A stretch of DNA of 64,000 nt from a virus. The position numbers were made by a program, and so were the translations under genes. Numbering within the stretch: the first letter of the stretch is position 1; the number at the start of each line of letters is the position of its first letter. Below are positions 9,504 to 19,150 of the stretch, in pieces. The stretch lies in the IMG/VR virus record IMGVR_UViG_3300031455_000001, positions 91,346 to 155,345 of that record; one strand, 5' to 3'. Below the pieces are notes generated by a model that worked only from the letters and a program-made list of their open reading frames with translations, was not told the origin of the DNA and ran no database searches.

Positions 9504-10398
9504 TGCTAGTAATTCTCTAAATAAGTGATCAAAAACATGTTCATGTACGGTCTTTGTAAAGAGTCATTATAAAATCATGTTGGTCGATATATTTGGTTCT
9601 TAATCCAAAATAGAAAAGGAAATTCATTTGATATCTAAGTATACTATAACTATAATTATGGGGGTACTTTTCAACCTTTTTTGTTCGGCTTTTTTTTGAT
9701 ATCGCATATAGCACTCAAACAACCACACTCTATCCACCTTTTCACTCTAATTTCACACGTTTTACCCTAAGAAAACACCTGTTTTTACATTTGAATAAAA
9801 TCACAACAAAATCATAAAAAATCACAACAGAACCATAAATAAAACCATAATAAAACCATAGAAAAATAATCATCTTTCAAAATTCTCAAACCTCTACTTT
9901 CTCATCAACCTCTTACAAACTCTTCACTCATCTTTCATACAACTATGCTAAAGACCACTCAACATTCGTCTAAATCCCGTTACCAAACGTACTATTTTAA
10001 ACATCTATATTTATCACCTCTAAAACAAACACCCTCTAAATCATCAAGAAATCCCGTTAACAAACCTAATTAACCCCTCCAATCAAGAACACCTATGGGG
10101 CATACCTTAACACCTTTGCATATAATCATACACAAACCCCGTTTGTTAACGCATATTTTTTAGAGCAACCAAAAAACCCTTACCGTACACACGATTTTTA
10201 CCATATTTATACCATAATTTTCCAATATTACTCTTACTCTTGATTTTCAATTTTTCACCACTTTTCATCACTTGTCAATAACTCGATAATCATCCGATCA
10301 TTATTCATCATCCATTAATCATTCACACATTCATTATACAATATAAATATACATTCAGCATTCATCCAATCACAATCCAATTTTCATCTAGACCTAAC

Positions 10399-10454
10399 AA
10401 AAATATGCCAATATATTATCAGCTTTTTACTGAAAAATATATTGGCATATTTTT
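10399..10454. terminator. Long hairpin / bidirectional terminator ending the minus-strand operon
   Basis: AAAATATGCCAATATATT ... AATATATTGGCATATTTT inverted repeat. Confidence 0.65.
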
Positions 10455-10513
10455 ACATAATCATCTATTCTTTCTATTCTTTCTTTTTATATATTTCTTT
10501 CTTTTTTAAACTT

Positions 10514-10936
10514 TTACAATCTAGTTTTAGTCAAACTTAAATTCTTGCCATAACGCAAAAGATCAAAAGAAAATACTAACTCTGTGGGATGGCTCTCTCC
10601 ATAGACCATAGGTAATTTGTACTTACTTAACATGCATGATTTAATCTCAAGAGAAACATCATAATCAAAACCACTATCCACATTTCTAGCAATGGACTTT
10701 CCCTTAATACTAAACTCTTTATCCATTTTACCATTCGAAACCAAATCAATAATATCAAAGTCAATATACGCATCCCGAACTAACAGTTTACCATATACTC
10801 CAGAAAATGTCAACTCAATTGATCCAGCGCTTCTAATATTGATGAAAGTATCGCCATTAGGATGTAAAATTTCTAAATCAAATGTATCTCGACTTGCAAA
10901 TTTATTGCTATCTAAGTTGTCCGTATCATTAAACAT
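10514..10936 (-). CDS. Short paralogue of the major tail-tube protein (start MFNDTD)
   Basis: Block-by-block similarity to ORF 46466-47224 seen by eye; start overlaps the upstream stop. Confidence 0.55.
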   Translation of the reverse strand: MFNDTDNLDSNKFASRDTFDLEILHPNGDTFINIRSAGSIELTFSGVYGKLLVRDAYIDFDIIDLVSNGKMDKEFSIKGKSIARNVDSGFDYDVSLEIKSCMLSKYKLPMVYGESHPTELVFSFDLLRYGKNLSLTKTRL

Positions 10937-11273
10937 TATTTTCACCATGATTATTATCATCAATGTATAAGCCATATTTATCTGTTGAATGATCAACTTC
11001 GCAATCTAATTGTTTTAAAGCCAATATAGAATCTACTTCCTTATATGTAGTTACTAACTTCTTCTCTACAATAGTCAATTCTAAGCCCATTTTTCTCAAC
11101 ATTTCTTTGACATACCCTATATTTTCAAATCCACGAGCATATGGATTATTCTCAAATACAAAGGCATTAAATTCACTATCGTTAAAGGACATTTTCATAT
11201 GATCATATGAAGATAGGTATTTATCTCCCAACTTTAAATAATAAATAATCTCTACCTTTTGCTTTTTACTCAT
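10929..11273 (-). CDS. Hypothetical protein
   Basis: Coupled ORF in operon. Confidence 0.6.
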   Translation of the reverse strand: MSKKQKVEIIYYLKLGDKYLSSYDHMKMSFNDSEFNAFVFENNPYARGFENIGYVKEMLRKMGLELTIVEKKLVTTYKEVDSILALKQLDCEVDHSTDKYGLYIDDNNHGENNV

Positions 11274-11551
11274 TATTTTCCACCTTTTTCCCTCTTGGAT
11301 AAGTAATTCATTAACACAACAAACTTGGAAACATAATAAACTCCAGCATAGTTAATCGCCATGCTAACCTTTTGGTTGTCAGCCAACCCATCCCATTTAT
11401 CAACAACCTTATTGATCCCAGAATTGGTTGATCGTCCTTCCACATGTAAAAAGAATGTTCTAACTACATGATCGCTGTCTCCAGTAGATTTTTTTACATG
11501 CTCAATTGCATCGACATCAAACTTATCGATAATCTGATTGGTATAATCCAC
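11273..11551 (-). CDS. Hypothetical protein
   Basis: ORF with RBS. Confidence 0.6.
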   Translation of the reverse strand: MDYTNQIIDKFDVDAIEHVKKSTGDSDHVVRTFFLHVEGRSTNSGINKVVDKWDGLADNQKVSMAINYAGVYYVSKFVVLMNYLSKREKGGK

Positions 11552-11590
11552 AATTATTCCTTCTTTCTATATTTAAAAAGCCTATTCACA

Positions 11591-11884
11591 CTATCCAACT
11601 AATTCAATAAGCTCATAATAATGTTCATTTTGTATTACATCATCAGCATCAACAGCATCAACAATATCCTCAGAAAACTCAAAGTGATATTTTTGACCAT
11701 TATCTTCTACTTCATACGAAACAACCGAAAATTTAAACCATCTACCATGATCTTCATTCCAATTAGAAACTTCCAGACAACCATTTAACAGGTTTTTAAT
11801 ATCATAATACTTACTGTCACCGACAGATCCTTCACCTAAGCGCTTTCTCAGATTATCAACAACCGAATTGTTCATACATATCAC
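11591..11884 (-). CDS. Hypothetical protein
   Basis: ORF in operon. Confidence 0.6.
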   Translation of the reverse strand: MICMNNSVVDNLRKRLGEGSVGDSKYYDIKNLLNGCLEVSNWNEDHGRWFKFSVVSYEVEDNGQKYHFEFSEDIVDAVDADDVIQNEHYYELIELVG

Positions 11885-12353
11885 CTATTCCGTCTTCTTC
11901 TGAAACAACCTCTACTTCATGACCGCAGTGCCTTATTCCATCAAAGAATCCCTCAATATTTTCAGCAATCCTATCTAATTGTTGTTCACCCATTAAGACC
12001 AAACATTTGTTCTCGTCTAGTAAAGCAACGCACTCACCATTGCTAAAACTAACAATATGGAACTTATAAGTTGTTTTATCATTATTTTTTATACTTGTTT
12101 GAGCAGATTTATCTAAGTTGATATTAACTGCCTGTTCTTGCTCATATTCACTAAGCAATTGAATCTCACCATCAACAAAAAACTCAGTATAGCCATTATC
12201 AAAACGAACAAAGTAATAACATTCTTCAATGCTCTCTACAAATCCTACTAAACCATTAAACACAGCAATGTCATAGTGTTTCACATCTAAAACAATAACT
12301 CTTTCGCCTTTTCGAATAGCAGATTCTCTATTAGTCATTGCTTGCCCCTCCAT
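11856..12353 (-). CDS. Hypothetical protein with SH3/KOW-like N-terminus
   Basis: IRKGERVIV...GLVGFV..I....YFVRFD pattern. Confidence 0.55.
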   Translation of the reverse strand: MEGQAMTNRESAIRKGERVIVLDVKHYDIAVFNGLVGFVESIEECYYFVRFDNGYTEFFVDGEIQLLSEYEQEQAVNINLDKSAQTSIKNNDKTTYKFHIVSFSNGECVALLDENKCLVLMGEQQLDRIAENIEGFFDGIRHCGHEVEVVSEEDGIGDMYEQFGC

Positions 12354-12534
12354 ATAACTGTTTAAGGATTTCTATAATTTCCTCTACACAATCCTTATGC
12401 CCCTTGAAGGCTCTTACATTTCCTAAGCCATCCTCCATCTTAAAACCTACAAGTTCTTCATTGTCTCCTAAGATACGAAGGCATCTGTCGCACATCTTCC
12501 TTAAATCCAAATTACTCATCATTATCCACCTCAA
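12331..12534 (-). CDS. Small zinc-finger protein (CxxC...HxxC), paralogue 1
   Basis: CDRC ... FKGHKDC. Confidence 0.6.
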   Translation of the reverse strand: MRWIMMSNLDLRKMCDRCLRILGDNEELVGFKMEDGLGNVRAFKGHKDCVEEIIEILKQLYGGASND

Positions 12535-12733
12535 AAGTATCCATCAACTTTTTATTAAGCTCAAGCATACAATTCCTATGTCCTTTGAATGTGATCTCTT
12601 CACCATAATCGTCAATTATTTGAAACGCAAAAACCTCTTCGCCCTCTTTGATTAAACCATAGCAACCACTACAAAGTTTTGACAAGTCGATTCCCATTTT
12701 TACCTCTCCCCTAACAAAATAAGGGAAAGGCAA
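12512..12733 (-). CDS. Small zinc-finger protein (CxxC...HxxC), paralogue 2
   Basis: CSGC ... FKGHRNC; likely start MGIDLSK. Confidence 0.6.
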   Translation of the reverse strand: MPFPYFVRGEVKMGIDLSKLCSGCYGLIKEGEEVFAFQIIDDYGEEITFKGHRNCMLELNKKLMDTFEVDNDE

Positions 12734-12750
12734 AGCCTTAACCCTATAGT

Positions 12751-13548
12751 TTATTTATTTTCTTTTTTAGTTGATTTTTTAGCAGGAGCTTTTTTAGGTG
12801 TATCTTTCTTCTTAGCAGGAGTCTTAACTTCCTGTTTATCTTCTACAATTGTATTAGTGTCTGGTTTTTTAACAATTTCTTCTGCAACATTGCTCAACTT
12901 TTTACCAATATTTTGACCAGCTTTTTTAACATCTACATCATTATATTTAAGCATATCTCCAGTAATACGATAAGAAGAAATCATACCAGACGCAAGTGTC
13001 ATAGCTTTACTTGCACCGTCTTCTGTAGCTTTGAAGTCACCAGCAAATGCTCCGCTAATGCCATAACTTTCAGCAGTCTTTACAGCATCAATATTAGCAC
13101 CTAAGAAGATAAATTGCCAATCATACTTCTCTGTCTGGTGTTTAACTTTCTCTTGAATAACTTTTTTATTGTATTCTTTAGATGAATTTTCTTCTCCATC
13201 AGTCATGATAACTACAACAACATTCTCTGGTTTGTCAGCTTCTGAAAATGTGTTTAAGCGTGATCCAAGACCATCCACCGCAACGCCAATAGCGTCAAGT
13301 AAAGCAGTTCCTCCATATGGAGTGTAGGTTTGACCATTAAGATCCTCAACTGTTTCAATATCTGCACTTTCATAAGTAGTTACAACACCTGAATCAAACA
13401 AAACCAAGGTTAGTCGTACTTCTCCTTCTTGCTTCTTTTGATCCTCAACAAAAGCATTAAATCCTCCAATTGCATCCGATTTAATACCATTCATAGATCC
13501 GCTCTTATCTAACACAAAGACAATCTCGGTCAATCCTTTTTTCATCAT
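12751..13548 (-). CDS. von Willebrand factor A (vWA) domain protein with a basic low-complexity tail
   Basis: MIDAS motif DKSGSM, T(ALLDA), TDGEEN; Lys/Pro-rich C-terminus. Confidence 0.85.
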   Translation of the reverse strand: MMKKGLTEIVFVLDKSGSMNGIKSDAIGGFNAFVEDQKKQEGEVRLTLVLFDSGVVTTYESADIETVEDLNGQTYTPYGGTALLDAIGVAVDGLGSRLNTFSEADKPENVVVVIMTDGEENSSKEYNKKVIQEKVKHQTEKYDWQFIFLGANIDAVKTAESYGISGAFAGDFKATEDGASKAMTLASGMISSYRITGDMLKYNDVDVKKAGQNIGKKLSNVAEEIVKKPDTNTIVEDKQEVKTPAKKKDTPKKAPAKKSTKKENK

Positions 13549-13751
13549 TTAATCTCCTTTTTTCTCTCAACAACTTCTACAGATGTATATCCCACTTTGT
13601 GCAGGTTGCTCATTATGTACTCTAATTGCTCGAAAGTCCATCCGCTAATATCCATTGCGTCTTGGATCTTTCTGCATGTAGCAATACTTTTATCATTCAT
13701 ATCAAACAAAAACTCACCTGTTTTAATCCTTAAAACCTTATCATTCATCAT
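13545..13751 (-). CDS. Hypothetical protein
   Basis: Coupled ORF. Confidence 0.55.
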   Translation of the reverse strand: MMNDKVLRIKTGEFLFDMNDKSIATCRKIQDAMDISGWTFEQLEYIMSNLHKVGYTSVEVVERKKEIK

Positions 13752-14049
13752 CTAATCTCCTTTTTATCTCAGCATAGATTTCTTCATCATAAGCCTCTAT
13801 CATCCCAGCCCCTAAAGAATTGTCTATACTAAACTTCAAAGACGAAAAATTACTGATAAGATCAATACTGTTATGTGTATCGCACATCTTTAATGCAGAG
13901 TCAAACACATCTGATTTAAGCAATTCATACGTTTCTTGACTCATCACAAATACGGTGTCTTTTATATTCCCTAAATCCTTCACCCTAATAGCATCCATTT
14001 CGGTAGCTTGCAAACTCCAACATAACCATCTTTTGCTTTGAAGTTCCAA
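13741..14049 (-). CDS. Hypothetical protein
   Basis: ORF in operon; start uncertain. Confidence 0.5.
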   Translation of the reverse strand: MELQSKRWLCWSLQATEMDAIRVKDLGNIKDTVFVMSQETYELLKSDVFDSALKMCDTHNSIDLISNFSSLKFSIDNSLGAGMIEAYDEEIYAEIKRRLDDE

Positions 14050-14149
14050 AATCCTAATATCTCATAACTCTTTACCACGGCATATGTGTAAAGGCTAACA
14101 TAGCAAAATGCCAGATAGCCAAACACTAAAGATAAGGCTTCTATTAACA

Positions 14150-14404
14150 TTACGATTTATCTTCTTCTAAAGATAATGCTTTGATTTTTGTTAGAGTGAG
14201 TTTTCGATAATCTGCATTGAATCTTTCTTGATATAAAGTCAATCCTTTTACTGGAGTGGCACTAGCTAAATCAAACTCAATTCTTCCAGTATCTTTATCA
14301 AATGAAACGTCAGAGATCTCAATGCCATTTGGTAAATTGAATAAGTTTTCAAGCTCTGCCAAATTTACTTGTAGTTTGCTTTTTGCGATCATAATTTCAC
14401 TCAT
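14150..14404 (-). CDS. Hypothetical protein
   Basis: ORF track. Confidence 0.55.
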   Translation of the reverse strand: MSEIMIAKSKLQVNLAELENLFNLPNGIEISDVSFDKDTGRIEFDLASATPVKGLTLYQERFNADYRKLTLTKIKALSLEEDKS

Positions 14405-14457
14405 CCTTTTATTTTTCTAATTTATATTAGAGGGCGGATAAGCCACCCTCATTTATT

Positions 14458-15258
14458 TTACCAAGGCTCACAATCGCAATCATCATTTTGTAGCAGGCAG
14501 TCTTCACAGTTATCTGTTAAGTCTTCACCCTTTTCTTCATCTGACTCTGAAGAATATTTACCTAAGTCTTCTACTTCATCTGATTTACTATTATATGTTG
14601 CACCTGTTACGTAATTAAGCAATTCTTGAGGAGATACTTCTTGAAGCTCGTTATCTTTAATCATTGAATGATACTGGTCATAGCTCAACTCGACACGACT
14701 ATAAGACTCTTCTTTAAGAAGTTGATGACCCATATATAAAACTTTAATCAAATCAACTACTTCATTAGATTTGTCATTGCATGCATAGTAGTATTCATAA
14801 GATCCATCTTTATAAGATTTGACAATATTGACATTGAAGTTAGATTTTTCGTCTTCTTTTTTATCTTGTAATTGAAGAAGCTCAAAAATGTTGCCTCCAT
14901 AAAAATCAACATAAACTCCTAGACTTGAGATTTCGTCAATGGCAATAAGTTCTCCAGCCTCAACTCTGTTGAACTTTTCGTCTAGCAAATGAACTTGTAC
15001 ATTTTTACCATCTTCTTGCAATACAAGTTCGTATTTATCATCACTAATTAATGATTGAACTACATCGCGATCATAAACCATCTCGCCATTGATTTCTCCT
15101 AGTTCCACCAATACCGTTACAGTGTCTCGTTTTACAACATGATGTTTGCCATCAAAATCAACTAGAGTCACTGTATGTTTGATAAAGCTTACTTCAGCAA
15201 TTTCACCCACTAAGTTTAATTCATGCGAATATCCTAATGCATCCTGTTTATTTAACAT
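14458..15258 (-). CDS. YopX-like domain protein
   Basis: NGEMVYDRDVV and GNIFE resemble the YopX motifs NGKEIYEGDI and GNIYE; own promoter and GGAGG RBS. Confidence 0.5.
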   Translation of the reverse strand: MLNKQDALGYSHELNLVGEIAEVSFIKHTVTLVDFDGKHHVVKRDTVTVLVELGEINGEMVYDRDVVQSLISDDKYELVLQEDGKNVQVHLLDEKFNRVEAGELIAIDEISSLGVYVDFYGGNIFELLQLQDKKEDEKSNFNVNIVKSYKDGSYEYYYACNDKSNEVVDLIKVLYMGHQLLKEESYSRVELSYDQYHSMIKDNELQEVSPQELLNYVTGATYNSKSDEVEDLGKYSSESDEEKGEDLTDNCEDCLLQNDDCDCEPW

Positions 15259-15367
15259 TATGTAATTCCTCCATTATAAGTTATGGCGTTTATCATGTTT
15301 TGTTCCTCTACGCCTAATTATAGTATATCATTATTTTTTGTATCTGTCAATTGCCTCTATTACATTA

Positions 15368-17632
15368 TTAAGATGTCTTTACATTAATCTTTTTATTATC
15401 TTCTACTGAATTGAATTTATTAAGCAGTTCATATAAGAAGCTTCTTCTCTCCATATTGGCAAATTTCTTAATTGAATCATTAATTGTTTCTGCTTGACCC
15501 AATACGATCAGGTATTTCGTTGCACGTGAAACACCTGTGTAAATAAGATTGGCATTAAGTTGATACGATGCTGATCTGTCTGTAATTGCAATGACAACTT
15601 TATACTGACTGCCCTGACATTTATGAATAGTCATTGCCCAAGAGTGCATGAGAGTTGTTAGCACTATCTCCCAATCAAGTCTTACGACTATCCCTTCATA
15701 ATCGATAACCAAACATTTTTCTTCTGTATCAATATCAACGATCTTGCCATTATCTCCATTAAATAAATCAGCTTCTCCGCCATTTATCGTCTTAACACCA
15801 TATGTGTTAGAGGTGTTCATAACTAAATCTCCAACTCGATATGTAATTTCGTTTTCTTTCTTGCCAAACTTTTTCTCTTTTTTTAATGAATTTTCTGGAT
15901 TAACAATTGATTGAATGGTTTTATTCATCTCAACCGTTCCTAGTTTGCCTTTGTTCGTAGGAGTTAACAAAACTATATCATCTGAAGAGAATTTTTCTAA
16001 AAGCTTTTTATAGTAGTGGATATATCCATCACGTATATAATTTTGATTCACTAGATGGAATAGGCAGTCATTTCCAATTCGTTTGCGACCTGTTTCATTA
16101 TTATTTAGAAATACAACACCGTTACGAATGTCTGTTGCCACATTCAAGATGCCACCTTTTTCTTGTCTGAATACTTTTTGTAATTGAGAAATTTTAATTA
16201 CTCCACTACGGATGGAGTCGTACAGGAAGCTTCCAACACCAACGCTCGGTAATTGAAAATCATCTCCAACAAATAGAATCTTAGAATTATTGTTCTGAAT
16301 CGCCTTAAACAACTTATCAAGAATAAAAACATCACACATAGATGATTCATCTACAATGATAACGTCTTCATGAATATATTTAACTGCCCCTTCATCGTCA
16401 TCATAAACACCAATTGCTCTATGGATTGTTTGTGCAGGGTGATTGGCATAATTTGCAAGAATTTTAGATGCCTTACCTGTTGGCGAAAGTAAAATAGTGG
16501 TTAAGCTTTTCTTTTTGATTAATTCAAGCAAAATTCTTATTAACCAAGATTTCCCCATTCCACCAGATCCTATTAATAATGAGATATTGTTCTCATTCCA
16601 ATCATGGAAAAACTGTCTTTGTTTTTCTTCTAAGCTAACATTATTCTTTGCACAATAATCATCTAGAAAAACATTTATACACTCCGTTTCAAATGTTTTC
16701 TTTGACTGCAATTTAAATTGAATCATCTTCATCGCTATTCCTTGCTCCGCAAGATAAATATCGTCACGAGTAAACCTACCGTCAAGATTCATAATGCCTT
16801 TTGGGTTGCTGTTTAAAACTTCTTTTATATTATCTTTGCTTATAGCCAGCAAAGCAATACACCTGTTTAAAAGCTGTTTGTCACCCACCCAAGAATGACC
16901 ATTTTTATTCTCTTCTCTAATGGCATAATGAATGCAACTAGTTATTCTGTGAGGCGACAACATATCATATCCGACCGCCTTAGCAATGGCGTCCGCTTTG
17001 AGAAACCCTATACCTTTAATTTCCGTTAATAAATAAGGATTCTGTTCGATCTTCTGGATTACTATTTGAGGACTTTTATATTCTTTAATAAGCTTCTTGA
17101 TCATGTTATATTTTATCCCATATTTAGAAAGAAATATTAAAATCTCACTCATCTCTAGATTAGACAATACTTTATCTCGAAGTTTTTCAAACGTTTTTTC
17201 TCCAAGATTTTTAACTAAGCTATAATCGAACTCTCCCGATTCAATCATTCCTAAGATATCTTGACCTTCTTTATATACTTCAAATATATTTTCTATCTGC
17301 TTTACAGTTAATATTGATTTCAAGAAGTCTTTTTGTTGTTCTACTGTAACTGGCTTATCTCTTCTGATTGAATCAACAATGTAACTTCCTTCATATTGAG
17401 AATTTTTATCAACAGATAGCTTTACAATCCACTCTTCGTTAAGATCCAACCTAGGCATACTGCCTTTAATTGATATATTTCCGTATTTATTTAATTTGAT
17501 TTCAAATTCTGGATTAACCAAATCTTCTTCATTTACACTTGCTCCATATATACCATATGCATCTTCGCTGTTGTAGAAAAGCTCTCTTGTCGCACTGACT
17601 CTGATTTCCAATTGCATCAACTCCTCTGTCAC
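15368..17632 (-). CDS. recD2: RecD2-like SF1B helicase
   Basis: HhH motif GIGFLKAD, Walker A GSGGMGKS, VDESSM, VGDDFQLPSV, FRQ, TIHKCQGSQ, YTGVSRA. Confidence 0.9.
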   Translation of the reverse strand: MTEELMQLEIRVSATRELFYNSEDAYGIYGASVNEEDLVNPEFEIKLNKYGNISIKGSMPRLDLNEEWIVKLSVDKNSQYEGSYIVDSIRRDKPVTVEQQKDFLKSILTVKQIENIFEVYKEGQDILGMIESGEFDYSLVKNLGEKTFEKLRDKVLSNLEMSEILIFLSKYGIKYNMIKKLIKEYKSPQIVIQKIEQNPYLLTEIKGIGFLKADAIAKAVGYDMLSPHRITSCIHYAIREENKNGHSWVGDKQLLNRCIALLAISKDNIKEVLNSNPKGIMNLDGRFTRDDIYLAEQGIAMKMIQFKLQSKKTFETECINVFLDDYCAKNNVSLEEKQRQFFHDWNENNISLLIGSGGMGKSWLIRILLELIKKKSLTTILLSPTGKASKILANYANHPAQTIHRAIGVYDDDEGAVKYIHEDVIIVDESSMCDVFILDKLFKAIQNNNSKILFVGDDFQLPSVGVGSFLYDSIRSGVIKISQLQKVFRQEKGGILNVATDIRNGVVFLNNNETGRKRIGNDCLFHLVNQNYIRDGYIHYYKKLLEKFSSDDIVLLTPTNKGKLGTVEMNKTIQSIVNPENSLKKEKKFGKKENEITYRVGDLVMNTSNTYGVKTINGGEADLFNGDNGKIVDIDTEEKCLVIDYEGIVVRLDWEIVLTTLMHSWAMTIHKCQGSQYKVVIAITDRSASYQLNANLIYTGVSRATKYLIVLGQAETINDSIKKFANMERRSFLYELLNKFNSVEDNKKINVKTS

Positions 17633-17714
17633 CTTTAATATAGTATTATTATATCATAATTTATTGTATCCGTCAAAATATCACACTATATAAAATTATT
17701 TTAAAAAATAGTCA

Positions 17715-17741
17715 ACAAACAGGTTTTAAACACATATAGTA
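17715..17741 (+). promoter_or_regulatory. Sigma-K-like (mother-cell sporulation) promoter
   Basis: AC-16bp-CATATAGTA matches AC-16-CATANNNT; no sigma-A promoter evident on this strand. Confidence 0.4.
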
Positions 17742-17755
17742 AAACTAAGAACAGT

Positions 17756-18604
17756 TTGAAAGGGGTTTTAAAGATGCTTAAAACTGGAGTTATAGCGGTG
17801 GACGATGGTGGTTACTCAACTTGCGTAGTAACTAAGGATAGACAAGAGAAATTCCCATCAATAAAAGGTTCTTATGGGAATAGAACTTTGATCGATGCTA
17901 AAGGAAAGTATGATTACATTGTTGAATATGAAGGTGAAAAGTTTGTAATGGGCACTCTTGCGCAGTACGATTGCAAGTTGCCGATACAGATGCATAGTGA
18001 TTCGAAGCAGAATCTGTTCTTTGATTTATCCGTTCTTGTTGCTATTCATCAATTTGGCTTTTCAACTAACTATCTAGTAACATCTGTTCCTATCGCAATG
18101 CACAGTGAAGAGGAGAAGTTCGGCAGGATAGAAAGACTTGTTGGATCTCATACGATCACAGTTAATGGATATAAAAAAACATTCACCATAATGGAGGCAA
18201 AAGTAGCGCCAGAAACCGCTGTTGCCTTTTGGATCGATGAACCAAGAGGTAAATCGCGTTACATTGATTTAGGATCAAGAACTATTGGGTATGCAACGAC
18301 ATTAAATGAAGATGATGTAACAAGATTTATTGACAGTGAATCTGGGACATTTAAAGGCAAGGGGTTGGAAGCTTTGAACGATGATTATGATCAAAATTCT
18401 TTAGCCGATTATATATGTGGTAGACTGCTTTCCATGTGGGGTTCTGGAGATAATGTATACATTATGGGTGGCGGAGCATTAGATAATGAACTTGTAGATT
18501 TCATTAAAGGTTATTTCTATAAAGCTAAAGTGATTGAAAATCCTCAAATGGCAAATGCAATAGGTATGTATCTTTTGGGTCGAATCGCTTATGACATCTC
18601 TTAA
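17756..18604 (+). CDS. parM: ParM/StbA-family actin-like ATPase
   Basis: Actin phosphate-1 motif AVDDGGYSTC, phosphate-2 motif IDLGSRT, adenosine motif GGGA, ANAIG. Confidence 0.85.
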   Translation: MKGVLKMLKTGVIAVDDGGYSTCVVTKDRQEKFPSIKGSYGNRTLIDAKGKYDYIVEYEGEKFVMGTLAQYDCKLPIQMHSDSKQNLFFDLSVLVAIHQFGFSTNYLVTSVPIAMHSEEEKFGRIERLVGSHTITVNGYKKTFTIMEAKVAPETAVAFWIDEPRGKSRYIDLGSRTIGYATTLNEDDVTRFIDSESGTFKGKGLEALNDDYDQNSLADYICGRLLSMWGSGDNVYIMGGGALDNELVDFIKGYFYKAKVIENPQMANAIGMYLLGRIAYDIS

Positions 18605-18884
18605 GAAAGGAGTAGGGATTATGAGAACAGAAGAAGAGGTTGATAAGTTAATTGAGGGAATGATCGATAGGACAAAAGGGAGGTACATCACTCAGGCTTG
18701 TGCATTCAATAAAACATGCCCTAGACAAATGGACTTACTGAAGAAGGCTTTAATGTCATCTGCCTCCTTCAGTGGCTTAACTAAAGAGATGTTAGCTGTT
18801 CAATTTAGTAGTTCAAGTTCCAATAACAGCATGATTATCCCATCATTTGATAGTGGAAAGAAAAATATTGGGAATTTTATTTAG
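18591..18884 (+). CDS. Putative ParR-like adaptor / DNA-binding protein
   Basis: Small gene overlapping parM; ribbon-helix-like core and disordered C-terminus. Confidence 0.55.
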   Translation: MTSLKKGVGIMRTEEEVDKLIEGMIDRTKGRYITQACAFNKTCPRQMDLLKKALMSSASFSGLTKEMLAVQFSSSSSNNSMIIPSFDSGKKNIGNFI

Positions 18885-19150
18885 TTTTAGACATGTTTTA
18901 AACATATTAACAGTATATATAAATTATGAGAAAACTTTAAGAAAGGTTTAAAACAGTCGGCAAACCCTCAAAAACCAGTGATTCTTCATTAGAAAAGAAG
19001 CTAAGATAGCTAAATTTTAAGACAGGAAGTGTTCAAGAGGGTGTTCAAATTATAATCTGAACACCCAAATCCCTGTTTTCCCCTTATATATCAACGTTTC
19101 TCCACACCTCTATTTTGCCGACTTTATACTTATAAAGGAGTGATAGCTAA

